Positions 30,986-45,900 of a stretch of DNA of 64,000 nt are shown here, piece after piece. Made by a program: the position numbers and the translations under genes. Positions within the stretch are counted from its first letter, which is position 1. Each line of letters begins with the position of its first letter. The notes beneath the pieces are model-generated. The model was not told the DNA's origin. It did not search any database and saw only the letters and a program-made list of their open reading frames with translations. This DNA is from Phoronis australis (lineage: Eukaryota; Animalia; Phoronida): assembly GCA_002633005.1 (NCBI GenBank), contig NMRA01000212.1, forward strand, positions 113,312 to 177,311. The letters run 5' to 3'.

Positions 30986-33900
30986 ATGAAAGGTAGGTAT
31001 ATTTTCTTCTCGTCTTGGTGTCATTGGTACCCGATAGTTCCTCGAGTTGTTGAAAACCTATCTAAAGTTAAACTTTCGGTTTGACTTTTTTGCCATTTTG
31101 AGTTTTGACCGATAGCTTCCTGAGGCTTAGACAGTGCCACCGTCTCTAGACAGCAGTAGAGGCCTACCTGAGGCTGTGCCTTGTACAGACATTTATTGTT
31201 TGATTCGGTCATTTTTGTCATCATAGTGTAGGGAGGACAGCATTTTTCAAAAATTTTAGAAAATGTGCATGTAATATACATCATTAGAAAGCTCTTTTCG
31301 AGACNGGGATAGGAGCGCCACCCCCCCCCCGCCCGTCACTCAGCGATTGCTTAATTCGGGCCCGCATCGGGGCCGTCGAATTATTACAATAATTCCTTAT
31401 CTTTTACAGTAATACACATTTTGCTTCAGGTAAAATCGAGAGCAGATCAAAACTAAGGCCAGTGACCAAAGTAGCGAATATTTATGTCTCAATTCTGCAT
31501 TTATGTATTGGATAAAATTGAAAAGCAGTATTTTAGTCCTTCAGACCTGTCACCGATGGCGGTGTGGAGTTGTCGAAGGAATTAGTCACGCACAATTAGG
31601 CACTTGTAAATACCTGACCCTCTCCTTGCCCCGGAAAAACAAAAAGAAATAATAATTAACGGTTACTAGCATGCAATATAGGTTCATAACAATTCACTAT
31701 TGGTCAACAATGTAGTGAAGCCATGTAATTACTATCTGACAAATAGTTATTTATTATTGATGGTATGTGGAATTTAATGCGTTTTTATGCTTACTTCGAT
31801 ATAGGGATAGTAAGTTCTTTAATCACCAGTAAGGATATATTAATTCAGTTAGGTGGCGTGGTATGATAGGCCTATGTGTGTTGAATTTCTGCGGGTATAG
31901 CGGTGGAGTACGATGCGGCTTCAGTGCAAAGCTTTGGAAATCATTGTGACATCTTATTAGTCATAATATATTTATAATAACTTTTCAGACAGCTTGATTA
32001 AAATTTTACCGATCAAAAAGAACAGTTTGTTTACATGCAGAAAGTGTGGGTGCTAGCGTAAGCCCTTGCATTAGTAATATTTATTTTTTTCTGAATCAAA
32101 AAAGTAGGGCTCTGCCGCCGGGACCACTCAGTAGCGCCGGGAACTCCATGGTTGAGGTGTTCAAGTATTATTCTACACCTGATATGTATGGATTAATCCG
32201 TCCTTAAAATTGTTTGTGACACCGTCATCCCGGCCATAGGACGACTGGTGAAATGGTTAATTTCCCCTCAGCGGGCACTCCGACAGGATTGACCCAGACC
32301 AACGGGATGACCTGCTTTGACCCGGTTCCTGTCCTCTGTCTAATCTCGAAACCAAATATTGTATGAATGCAATCTGATATGAATTTTAAAATCTACCCAT
32401 AATTTACCATATTTGTCATTTTTAATGGTTGTCATATCTATCATGTAAGCATAAATTGGTTACAAAACTTCCCAAAAATCCGAAAGCGGTGCACATAGAT
32501 TCTTTGTACCAAGTATATGCGGAGGGGGCATGTGTGTTAAATGGAACTGCTATCTTTGCTTGTATTCCTTAACGACAAACAGACCTGTACAAAGCAGGAG
32601 CTGCAACATGTTGGGGGATGGTTGATGTTCACCCGCGTTCGACAATGGTGTTTGCCTAAAAGGTGCTCCCCGAATCCAATTCTGTGATTGTCTGTGTGTT
32701 GATGACCCTTCACCATGAAAGGTAGGTATATTTTCTTCTCGTCTTGGTGTCACTGGTACCCGATAGTTCCTCGACTTCTTGAAAACCTATCCTTATAAAC
32801 TTTCGGTTTGACTTTTTTGCCATTTTGAGTTTTGACCGATAGCTTCCTGAGGCTTAGACAGTGCCACCGTCTCTAGACAGCAGTAGAGGCCTACCCTGAG
32901 GCTGTGCCTTGTACAGACATTTATTGTTTGATTCGGTCATTTTTGTCATCATAGTGTTGTGTTTGCTAATTGTTTTGTTGTAAACTGAATGTAACTTGAT
33001 ACCCCGGATTACTTGGTGTAGCATCATCAAAACATTTGCAGAGATTTTAAATCAATCCAGCAGGCAACAAGTAGTCCATTCCAATGTCTACAGGCAGATC
33101 TTCTCCCTCACTGTCACACTTGATAATTCAGGCCATCATTTTTGTTTTCCCCATAGTATAGGCCTACAGTAGATATACTCCTAAATTAGTGGGGGGAACT
33201 TGAATTTTGTTGAAGAAAGGATCATTTCAATGCATTCCAATCGCTGTGAAGGAACATACACTGTGCTTCTTCCTCTGCCTATAATTGCTGCTGATCCAAA
33301 ATGATCACTTTTATTCTTTTTATTCTCCCAAAACTTGTTTCATTTGGTATAACGGAATTTTAAAAGACAGGCATAATTGGGTAAGCTTTGTTTTTGCAGC
33401 CACAGAGATTACTGAAGAGAACCTGGAGGACCTGCTGACCTATGATGACCTTTTTATGGAGTATTTCAACGCCTTCATGGCCTTGCCCGCCTTTCCACAA
33501 GCTTTGCAGTATGATCGCCTAACTGGCACTTTCCAAGAGACTGAAGGGAAACATAATAGCATTGCGGGCTCTGTGGTCCTGCAGGAGGACGCCCAACCTT
33601 ATGGTGTCACTGATGATGAAAGAGAACTTATGCTAGAGTGGTGCAAAACAGAAAGGCTGCCTTGTTTTTTAAGGTATATACTGTGTAACCATTTTTAAGG
33701 ACTGGAGATTATTGCAAAGCAGGAGGGTTTGGGTGGTGCTGGTGGGCTCTTTAATTTGAGAGATTGATAGAGACGTGTCATTAATGTTAGTGGGTGTTTT
33801 GCCCTAGTTCTCACATGTTTTGTCTCGGTGGGATATTTTAAGTGCCAGTTCTCTGGTATTGTCTTGGGTTGGTATTGTCTTGGGCCGGGTGTGCAATTTG

Positions 33901-36900
33901 GCTTTCTGATTGTCTCTGGTGGAAAAAAAGAGAAATGGTGAGCTGTTGATTTTGTCATTTGATAGTGTCTCTCTTGATACTCAATCTTCCCCAACGCATA
34001 GATATATATATTGCATTGGTCTGCAGTGTATACTTCATGTGTAACAGTGCCCCCTTTCCCGTTGGTTGGAAGAAAACCTTACGGTTCTGGACCTGCTTTA
34101 TTGACATCGGGGTCTCTCATTTCATCTTGAATGTTAGTGGTGACTAAATCTTTAACTTTGCGGAATTGATATTATTGGACAGCATTGTAAACAATAGAAT
34201 TTCGATAAGAAGGTTTAACTTCATCTTGTTTTAAATGCAGACCACATTCGTATACAGTCATGAAAGTCGAGCTAAAAATTACCAATTTAAAACTTGAACA
34301 TTTTTGTGTAAATGGAGGGGAACATAAATTTTGATAAAATATGAATGACAACTTAATTCATGTTGTGATATGAATATGTTTCCGTAAACCTGTGTTGTAA
34401 ATTCTTCGTTAGGTTTCAGACATGTAGGTCAAGAAAATAATAACCCAATGTGTAATTTTTTACAGGACGGAGTTGTTCAGAGAGCTCAAGCTATGTAAGT
34501 TATTATTACGCACCCTGGATGACCGGTGCTCTGCGAGTCGTGTAAGCAGTCGAGCCATACGCGGATATAGCCGTACCTCTGAGAGTTATGTGTCTAGTCT
34601 TAGTAACAGTATGGATAATAGTGCTAACGATGAAGAAAGTGACTATGATGATGAGTTGTGGGTGGAATATGACAAGTCGGCTTTGTATAAATACGAAAGG
34701 CCAGGCAGCCGTGCGCTTAGTTTACCACCAAAGTTACGATTAGGTAAGTAGTGTTTGTTGAGATTCTGGAGGCATTTATGTGACAGCTATTTACGGACAT
34801 GTGTGGTACTACAGGTTGCATAGAACAGTCCCAAATAAGGACTTCAGTACATTCCCTTAAATCTTCTGTGTATTTGTGTCTTTGTTTACTCTCTTTAGGG
34901 ACTTAAAGTCTCTAAAAAAGTGGCATCACTATGAAAAGGTCCTCATTTATTTTCATTAATATTGAGAATTCAACGACTGTTTCATGCAGCGGTCAGTNTT
35001 GCCGATTGTAGTGAGCGAATTTAACACGGTGACAGATACGCGAAGCGATTCGCTGAAGAATGCTGTCCTCGCTACATAGTGTTGTGTTTTTTTGCTAATT
35101 GTTTTGTTGTAAATGTAACTTGATCCCCCGGATTACTTGGTGTAGCATCATCAAAACATTTGCAGAGATTTTAAATCAATCCAACAGGCAACAAGCAGTC
35201 CATTCCAATGTCTACAGGCAGATCTTCTCCCTCACTGTCACACTTGATAATTCAGGCCATCATTTTTGTTTTCCCCTATAGTAACGTACACTCCTAAATT
35301 AGTGGGGAACTTGAAGTTGTTGAAGAAAGGATCGTTTCAATGCATTCAAATCGTCTGTGCAAGACCATATACTGTGTTTCTTCCTCTGCCTATAATTGCT
35401 GCTGATCCAAAATGATCACTTTTATTCTTTTCATTCTCCCAAAACTTTTTTCATTTGGACATTTTTCTAACGAAATTTTAAAAGATAGGCCTAATTGGGT
35501 AAGCTTTGTTTTTGCAGCCACAGAGATTACTGAAGAGAACCTGGAGGACCTGCTGACCTATGATGACCTTTTTATGGAGTATTTCAACGCCTTCATGGCC
35601 TTGCCCGCCTTTCCACAAGCTTTGCAGTATGATCGCCTAACTGGCACTTTCCAAGAGACTGAAGGGAAACATAATAGCATTGCGGGCTCTGTGGTCCTGC
35701 AGGAGGATGCCCAACCTTATGGTGTCACTGATGATGAAAGAGAACTTATGCTAGAGTGGTGCAAAACAGAAAGGCTGCCTTGTTTTTTAAGGTATATACT
35801 GTGTAACCATTTTTAACGACTGGAGATCAGTGCAAAGCAGGAGGGTTTGGGTGGTGCTGGTGGGCTCTTTAATTTGAGAGATTGATAGAGACATGCCATT
35901 AATGTTAGTGGGTGTTTTGCCCTAGTTCTCACATGTTTTGTCTCGGTGGGATATTTTAAGAGCCAGTTCTCTGGTATTGTCTTGGGTTGGTATTGTCTTG
36001 GGCCGGGTGTGCAATTTGGCTTTCTGATTGTCTCTGGTGGAAAAAAGAGAAATGGTGAGCTGTTGATTTTGTCATTTGATAATGTGTCTCTTGATACTCA
36101 ATCTTCCCCAACGCATAGATATATTGCATTGGTCTGCAGTGTATACTTCATGTGTAACAGTGCCCCCTTTCCCGTTGGTTGGAAGAAAACCTTACGGTTC
36201 TGGACCTGCTTTATTGACATTGGGGTCTCTCATTTCATGTTGAATGTTAGTGGTGACTAAAACTTTAACTTTGCGGAATTGATATTATTAGACAGCATTG
36301 TAAACAATAGAATTTTGATAATTAGGTTTAACTTCATCTTGTTTTAAATGCAGACCACATTCGTATACAGTCATGAAAGTCGAGCTAAAAATTACCAATT
36401 TAAAACTTGAACATTTTTGTGTAAATGTAGGGGAACATAAATTTTGATAAAATATGAATGAGAACTTAATTCATGTTGTGATATGAATATGTTTCCGTAA
36501 ACCTGTGTTGTAAATTCTTCGTTAGGTTTCAGACATGTAGGTCAAGAAAATAATAACCCAATGTGTAATTTTTTACAGAACGGAGTTGTTCAGAGAGCTC
36601 AAGCTATGTAAGTTATTATTACGCACCCTGGATGACCGGTGCTCTGCGAGTCGTGTAAGCAGTCGAGCCATACGTGGATATAGCCGTACATCTGAGAGTT
36701 ATGTGTCTAGTCTTAGTAACAGTATGGATAATAGTGCTAACGATGAAGAAAGTGACTATGATGATGAGCTGTGGGTGGAATATGACAAGTCGGCTTTGTA
36801 TAAATACGAAAGGCCAGGCAGCCGTGCGCTTAGTTTACCACCAAAGTTACGATTGGGTAAGTAGTGTTTGTTGAGATTCTGGAGGCATTTATGTGACAGT

Positions 36901-39900
36901 TATTTACAGACATTTGTGGTACTACAGGTTGCATAGAACAGTCCCAAATAAGGACTTCAGTACATTCCCTTAAATCTTCTGTGTATTTGTGTCTTTGTTT
37001 ACTCTCTTTAGGGACTTAAAGCCTCTAAAAAAGAGGCATCACTATGAAAAGGTCCTCATTTATTTTCATTAATATTGAGAATTCAACGACTGTTTCATGC
37101 AGCGGTCAGTCATGGCACCCTAACCGGTCAAGATTGGGCAACTCTACTGGATTGCGTACCTCAGAATCTGCCGGTTTAGATCAAAAGCACCATGCTGTCC
37201 TGATTAATTAAGTTGTCTATGGCTGCTGATGTTATCATTCTCTAGATAATGAGTCCCGTCATAAACAACATTGGGGACGACAACAGTCTTTTTAAATTTT
37301 CGATTTGAAAGTTTGTAAATAGCATATTTGAATAGTTTGTGAAGATCACACGTGATTAGGTTTTTGAATTTTGAAAATTGGGGCAAGAAATGTGACTTTT
37401 ACGAACTAAAACGTTTGTTTAATGTTGCAATAATATATTCCACATTAATTCTGCTGGGTGTGTAACATAATTGCACCAATTACTAAACCACCGGGTAGCA
37501 GCTAGATTTAAGCCAAGTGTCATGATACAATTCTTGGCATGATGGTAACCTTCTCATTAACTGTTTACATTGTATGTGTGATATGGGTAGGATGCCTCAG
37601 CTGCAGATCCTTGATTTTGTCTGGGGAGTCCAACAAGGGACAAGTATATGGAGTGCTCTGAGCAGGACATCCAGACCCCCCCCCCTCCCCCTGTGCACCT
37701 TTCACCTTGGACTCCTTTTCTAAATGGATAATAATTCAAAGACAGTGTTCCCAACAAGGATTAAAATTAACTAATTCTGTCACTTTCAAATTCATATTGT
37801 AACAGGCTGTTGATGTGTGTAACCAAATGGTAATGAAACAAGTGTCATTCACATATTGCAAACTCTGAATGCCTTATTCTGCTAATGTTGTTGTTACACA
37901 TGCACCCAGTTTTAAAATATTTAGTTAACTGTGCTTCAGTCCAGTTGTCAAATGGGTACCAAATTTAAGAGGCCCCTGGAAATGTTCAATGCTCCATTAT
38001 CATGAATGGGTTTTAACTAGCTAAAGCACTAACTAAACAGGTGTTTACAATTTATTGAGCTTTGTTATCTAGGAACTAGGAAACAAAGATGAGTAATTCT
38101 TTAATAATATCACCGCTGCCTTTGTCAGTGTTTCCCCGCAATAGGTTAAAATGGCTTCTGCGAGCAATAGCCTGCTTGAAATTTTGATACTTATCTAAAT
38201 TTATACGCACGAGGTGCCTGTATAGGGGGAGCTAATGCAAACTCGTTAACTTCATTGTACTGCCTTTGCTTTGGCATATAGGTATGAGAAATTTGTGAAA
38301 CGAAGTGTCACTTTCTGAAGACACTTTGACCTGGCAAAACTCTGTGGGAACCCTCAAAGTGCACCACTTTCTGTATTTAAATGATGTCCCTTTGTGTAAT
38401 TCATTTCCCAACAGCCCAGTTGCATTAAAGTTATATATGCTGCATAGCAACTCAACATTAGTCACCCTACCATAGGGAATAATGCATTTGACATTTTATG
38501 TAATACAGCCTACGTAGGCTGCGGAAAGTTTATCTAACTAGAAGTGAGGTAACTGGAAATTCCTAGATGTATCAAGTGAACCAAGGGCCCTTCTCGCACG
38601 TAATCATGTGAGTCCCTTATGACACGAATGTCCCCTTTCTGATGATCTACTCTCATTTCTCAATCATCTCAGATATCAAAAAGGGACCTTTATTCAGTAT
38701 CGCCACCTAGGAAGTATGGAAAATTTGTCCATTCAGAATATTTAGGATCTGGATAGCACAAGGAATTAGTACTTGTCTTTGCGATGACTTATGGCTGCAC
38801 TTGTTTGGGGACTTGGAAACCTTGTGTCCTGAGTGCCCTTCAGCGCACTGTAAACAAACTTGTTCTCAACTTGTGAGGATTCAGAAGTCTTTGAAGTGCT
38901 GGTGTGTGGTCAATGCTGGTCAATTTATTTGTTTCAGTTGACTTCATTAAGAGTACTAGTGACTCGTACACCGCCCTTAGTCAAGTCAAGTCCACTGCTG
39001 AAGATGATTCAAGGTACTCTACATTACAATCATATACCTACTCATTGTGTGTTGGTGTCCTTCAAATTATTTGTAAATTAAATGCTTCACTTTTCAATGT
39101 CATCCAATTCATTCAGATCTAAAACTGTCCTGTTGGAACTTTGTAAAGTCCTGTTTTTTGGGCAGCGAATGTGTTACCTTGTACAGGGATTTGTCTTCAA
39201 GAAGTCAAAACAATCACCACATCAACACCTCAGCTGATTGTACCTAAGGCAACTAAATGTTAAAAATGTACCTGAGTCAATATAATTACTGTACATGATT
39301 CAGACCAGAAATGTCATAACCTGAGTGCATTATACTTACTGCACATGGTCCAGACCAGAAATGGTATAACCTTACTGTGTATTGGTGCATTTAGTCCAGG
39401 GTGTGTCAAAAATTCAGTTTGCAACATTCAGTTTGCAACAAAATGAGACATTGTTCTTGCTCTTGTTGCTACATAAACACACTAATGTTCAGAGCTAAAG
39501 TAAAGATTTCATAAATTCCATTTAAAAAAACTATGTTTAATTTCTTTGATGATCACCGATATCGTGCAATATTTACCTAAGTCTAAACATGTTTTAACTT
39601 AAAACAGTAACAATAATAAAGGGAATGGCTAGTTAGTTAATTCCAATTACAAATGACCAGAGTCAAAATGAACAATTGGGAATTTCCCTTTTTTCATTTT
39701 TCGATGGCTTCCAACTTCGTTCGTTGTGAATGCCTGCAATTTTTTGTTGCTAATGTTTAGAACTTGAACACGTTGAGGCGTTTATTTGGTGCTGCATATC
39801 TTTTATGGAAAAATGGGCAAATGTAATTCACGTGTTGGCCATATTGTTTTATAAATTAGTGAGATTTTCTGTTATTTTTGTTAAAACAGAAAGCTTTGGA

Positions 39901-42900
39901 TTCAACTATTACGTACTGTGTGGCCAACAACTAGAATTTTCAAAATTTAAATTTTTCTGTGAAATACCATCTTTGTCCATTTTTCTCACCCATCATTGGT
40001 ATTTTTGTAATTTTTTTATTTTTGAAAAGTTAATTGGGTTTTTCATTTAATATGTGTTATCTCTTCAGACCAAGTTTAGATGCCAAAGAACCCCAGTCTG
40101 GTGTTGGGGCAGACTCTGGGCTTGGAACGTCAGTGGTAACTGAAAATACACTGCTGCAGTCTGAACCTACATTCAATACACGGAATCAGACATTGGTATC
40201 TATTCAGGAAGACAGTAGTAGCAACGCAAACAACAGTCGCGATAAATCAACAAAGACATTATCAGCTGGCTTACGACAAAGGCGAATGCACAAAAGGTAA
40301 CAATTCAACTGTTTGTACTTTCAAGAGAAGTCACAATCTATTGATCTCTCTAATGGGTTGAAAGATTTCATCTGCATGGTGAATTTCAAAGCAAGATTAC
40401 CCTACACCTCATCAGGCTGTAGATACTTGGGTTTAATATCATATACTTTTTACTGATTTCTCATCATTTTATTATCTTTTCTTTCTATTTAATTACTGGT
40501 AACAGTATTTCTTTATTTCAAAAAATGAAAAGGCACCATCTTAAGTGGTAAATTCTTGTGAATCGTATGCTGTTACAATGGCCTTTGAATGAAATAAACA
40601 ATTGAAGGTTGCAGTGCAATAGTCGGATATAACATGCCCGTATTTTGAGAACCAGTTTGATGCCTGTTATTTAGTGGAGAAAAGTGGTTCTCAAAATTCA
40701 GGCATGCTATATCAGACCATTTGTGGTAATTGCAACTTAAGTTGCTTGTATTTGGATTTGTGAAAAATTAACTTGTTAGTTCTCGCAATAATAGCTGATG
40801 TTTATCCTTGCTTTACTTTTCTTTACAGAGCCATTTCAGCCCCTATTAACTACAATGAGTTCTTGAGACTGCCAAGTCACTACTCTGACTTTGATATGAT
40901 GTTTGGAGAAGAGGAACCCACACACATTGAGGGACAGCGTTACGTCGAGTTTACTGATGAAATGATTAGTGATCAACAGACGGAAACTGATGTGCGTCAA
41001 CTGGAGGGAAAACACCACATGACTGTGGATGAAATGAAGGAGAAATTATTGTCCTCTGTAAGTGCAAACTTATTGTTTCACCTTCTGCTAATTTTTCTAA
41101 GGTTTTCAAAAAAGTTGCCGAAGTTTCTCGAAAATTTTCTGGCTCCTTTAAAATGGTATCAAAAACCCAAAGGAAATGAGGCGAAGAATCAATTCTTTTG
41201 AAAATAAGCTGGAAATTACGGAGCCCCTGAAGTGACATGAAAGAAGAAAAATTATATTGTGGAACACCTGGCTCTAATTCATTCTGCAGTTGGCTAAAAG
41301 ATTAACTTTGTTATCCCAAGCATGTAGACAATCTCATTTCACTTCGAAACCAAGGCAGTTCTAACTTTGAAATTTCTGAACCATCGTCGAATGTGTTGCG
41401 GGGTCCCTGTGTGTTCGTCTCCTCTTTCAAGTCGCATGCAACAAAATCAGTGCTTTTCTTAATGTACTGCAAAATAGCAACACCTGGGGGGCTCTCTTCC
41501 CACAGGATTGGCTTGGCACTCAGGGACATGCCGTCAACTCGAGTGGGTAATTTGCCATCTCAGGTGTCATCTGGGACGGGTATTTTGTCCCCAGGTATCA
41601 TCGGGTAGGTGTTTTGCCCTCTCGGGTACTGTCTCAGGTGGGTCTTTTGGCTTCTTGGTTTCATATTGGGTGTGAAACAAAAAAATATCTCGGGTACCCA
41701 TTTTCCTGGTCCGAGGTGCTCAGGCTGTGCGTTGTTGGTCTGAATTTTGAAAGTGTAACACCCCCTTTTCCTTTACATGGAAGAGACCGCCCTAGAAGTA
41801 TCATGCATCCCCAGAGCACCAGTGATTTGTCCTCAGATCTGCACCAATTAAAAACCATGACAGTGATTACTCAAGACCCAGTGTAAAAGGACTCAGTATG
41901 TCACAATCATTGCCCGGCTTGCATATGAAATGGAGCATCCACATACTCATTGAGACAGACTCAAATGTTGCCTCTCAGATGCATGCATGTTGGACCCTCA
42001 GCCCAGCAGGCCTTTAGAAATCATATTGGCAGTTTTGTCAATTTATGTTAATGTCCTAAAATCGACTGCATAACTGTTGTGTAAGAGAGAAAGGCTGCTA
42101 CACTAGAGGGTGCCTGTGGCTACGGTCCTCAAACTTGGTAGTATGGTCAACTCTGACCTTTAGATCACCTTATAGGGTTGAGTTGTCAAATTAAAAATCG
42201 TTTCAATTTCATGACTACTGGCTGGGTTTATCTAGTAGTCTTCAACCTCTACAGTGACTGACATTTTCTACTTTTCCATTAAAAAATATTGCTGTCAAAT
42301 TGGCTTATTGTTTCTCGCAATTGATAATGGTTGTTAACCCCATTTTCAGCTTTCCGGCTTTGAGGCATTCAAGAAGTTTTTGAAAGGCACTAATGGCGAA
42401 TCTCTCGTTAATTTTTGGCTGGACTGTGAGTCCTTCAAAGATGAGCAAGGTGGCACTGATGATTTATCCCGCCAGGCTGCAAGAAATCAAATATTCAGGT
42501 AAGGTGTTTCTGTTGCTTGCAATATTGATAGCAGTCATGCATTTTGTTATGTAAGAAGCTAAAGGATAATATTCAGATCCAGTTCACTTTGCAGAGGTCA
42601 TTTGAAACCCAAAGGTTGGAGAAATATATTAAAATTGCAAAGTAGGTTGTCCACGTTGAGCTTGTGGCAACTCATGGGTGACTCAGGTGCTCACCGTCAT
42701 TCCTCGTTATAACCGGGCAGTTACGATGCAGAAGTGGTGATTTCATGTGGAGAACTGAGAATCTTTGCCGCTTGCCCAGGGAATGAAGACTGGCCTCAAT
42801 TTAAGATTCAAACTCAAACAAATGCGAGACTGTTGCTTAAAACGACTGGGCCATCTCTACATACTGATACACACAAGGTAGAATGCGGCACTAGACTTGA

Positions 42901-45900
42901 GATTGTGTGTGGACCCAGTACACTAGTACACTGCGTGTTGCCTTGCTCTTTTGTAGAGACATTAAAGACAAATACAAGATGAGCCTAACTACTGATGCCC
43001 AGAGGCAGATTGCCAAAGTATCTAGTGACTCAGGGGTCAGCAACACGGTGTTTATTCGCACACAGTATGATGTGCTTAGGCGACTTCGATCCTACTGGCT
43101 GCCAAGATTTGTAATACACAAGGAACACGTTGGAGAGCTAAAGTGAGTCTTGGTTAATTGTCAATTAATTTTATTTGCTTGATTTCTTCCATCTGATCAG
43201 ATCTCTTATCAGCTTTCTTCTTGCTTGATTGTCAATTTATTGCTTAGCTTGACAATTCTAACGTGGAGAGTTTCTAAGATTTTTTATTTGCAGACATGGA
43301 GATAATGTAGGCCTGTCAATGACACTTTTTGACTATTAAGTTTTAAGTCATACATGACATGAAGCTATTGCTTAATCTCCTATTGGTTTTCAAATGCTTG
43401 CCCAAAATCAATGAGATTAATTTGTGTGAAATGTGTTTTTTATTTCCTTGTATCCTTAACTAGGAATTCTGATAGGTAGAAACTCTGGCCTTAAGTCTAT
43501 CTTTGGCCCAATATAAAATCATTATCATCATGTTAACTGAAAGTTCTTGATTGTATGTGGAAGTCGATTTTGTTTACAACAAATCATTCAGTTGGGATAA
43601 TTGATTAGTGATTGATCATTATTGTGAAGCAACACCCAATGACTGGAGCTTTCTCATGTTATGTTTCAGATTAAAAAATCCTGAAGTTTCTGCTTCGAGA
43701 ATTCCACCACAGAGGATAGACAACTCATCCTTTTTGCCCTCAATCTCATTGGTGAACTCAATCCCAGTAAAACCTGAAGACGTATTATTGATAGCCACTA
43801 CAAAAAGCTGGGAAATGGTCAGCAAAGGTGAGTTCAGATTTTTATTTTGGCTTGTTAATGTGCCCTCCTAGCCAGGGAATCTGTGTAAGAACAGAATTAA
43901 AATGGTTGATAATTTTAAAGTTTTGCTATGCCTCAGACACATATCCATCCTTCTTTTGATTTTAAAGTACTAGGATTCTAATGTACTGACATTGCCTTTA
44001 ATTTGCTTGTGAAAGAAAGTGTAAATTTTCATGACCTTTACTCTAAGGCCAAAATATCAATGACTTCCAACTTTAGCTGTGACCCCTGCCAAAGTGCACA
44101 CAGATTCTCTTTCTTCTGGTTGAAGAAGCGAAATGGTGAGGTTACTGTCTTCTATTCCTGACAGTGTTTTGATTATTTGCAAACAAAACTGTTATATTGT
44201 GCCAAAATTTAGCAAAATTCCCCATCAATTCTATAAACACGAAAAAAGTTTTTAAGATACGATTAAGATACAAGCCTTGCCGTAATGTTCTTTGGGCTAT
44301 CTGCTCAGTCTTGTTAGCTCGTTATAGTTTTGTTGTTATTAAAATTACCTGTTAGTGTTGTAGTAACGATGGCGATGCTTTACATCACCTCTTCTCCAAC
44401 AGGTGGCCGTAGACTGGATGAAAGGATAACGTCTGCCAGGCCTTTTCTGTTTAAATCGACCTTCACGGCTGAAGCTGATGATGATGCTAACACTTCCATT
44501 CGAGAAAAAATTGGTTTGGCCTTATGGTTTGATAAAGTTGCTGGGGGACCATTTCAAACATGCCTTAGTCGGTGAGTAATTAGTTGAATCTGTTTTCCAT
44601 CTAGGATCAGAACTCAAAAATTGTCATTCCTATGCAAGTTTGCATAATTCGAATGCTCAACGGTCGTATGTAAAAATCGGATGACATTCTGTAGTAAAGT
44701 TGGTCTAGTTGGTATACTGATCGCTAAGTTCAGATATATCAGACTTCATATTATCATATAATGTCTCTTGGTATGGTTGGATTCGACTCTTGCGAGTTTT
44801 ACCGGAGTTGAGGGATGGCTGCCAGATTTAAGTAGTTAGGGATTTGAAAGTTTTTATATGGCTAGCATTAAATGAACAAATCTCTGCTAAGCATTTGGGG
44901 GTTGAACTATTTGTGATGCACTGCACAAAAGTTAGACTTGTCGTTTTCTTAATATATGCATTCCGACAGTGTCGGCCCCTCTGTAAAACTGTTCTATTTT
45001 GAGACTTATAATTTGTGGAAATGGTTCTTCAGTTACCACTTATCAATCTTTTTCTCCAAATTTCTGTTATTTCTATTATTTTAACTAAACTTTTGGATAA
45101 CTAGGTACTTTTGTTCTACAAGGTGACTACTTTAATTTTCTATGACCAAGCTTGCTTTAATGTGACTAATGCATGTTCTGCACTCTGCTGTAACGTGCCA
45201 CCATTTTATTCTGTCCAATAATATTATGACCTCAATGTGCTTTTCAGGGACAACAACCAATTACTGGTGTCAAATCTGCTTTTTTGGCAAGATGTGACAG
45301 AGTACGGAGTGAGTCACCGTGGTGATTCTGATAGGCTTCTCAGACTGACAAGAGCATGGAATATCTTCAACCGTTTCCTGGCCATGGGAAGCAGACACAA
45401 CATAGGTATCCTATAGTCTAATGCTATCTTTATAATTGTTATTATTATTTAGTCTAAAGTATGAAGTGGTTGAAGCAATCCAATATGTTAAAAGCTAATG
45501 GCAATTTTTGGAATGTCAAAGTTAACTAAGCGTTTAATATGTTCTGGTCATGTGTCGAGTATTATCTTCTGTCAACACAAAATATGGAATGAACAGCAGG
45601 AACTGAAATTTATGGAAATTTACCTCTTCATCTCACGGTGTAATAAGATGATTTTATTTTGCGGAATATCTCAACAAAACTACAGATTAAGAAAATTTCA
45701 GTCTATTTGTAGATTGATATGTATCGTGTAGAATGCTGTTGTAAAGTAACGGTTGCTAAAAGTTTCTGTTTCTCGTGTCAAGGTAGTCAGGCGTTGAAAA
45801 ATAGAAAAATTACAATTTTGGCAATGTTGGTGTGAAATAAGTGAAGAATTACTATGACTTATTGTGACAGATTTATATGAATGCCAGTTATAAAATGGTG

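Noticed and set aside
30821-32753. Duplicated 67-aa - strand ORF (MTPRREENIPT...)
   Set aside because: Antisense to the RGS22-like first exon/UTR. It appears twice only because of the haplotype duplication, and its differences are non-synonymous.
33400-36856. Mutually exclusive or tandemly duplicated exons in the RGS22-like gene
   Set aside because: The copies are protein-identical, include introns and promoter, and are delimited by single-N scaffold joins, so an assembly haplotig is the simpler explanation.
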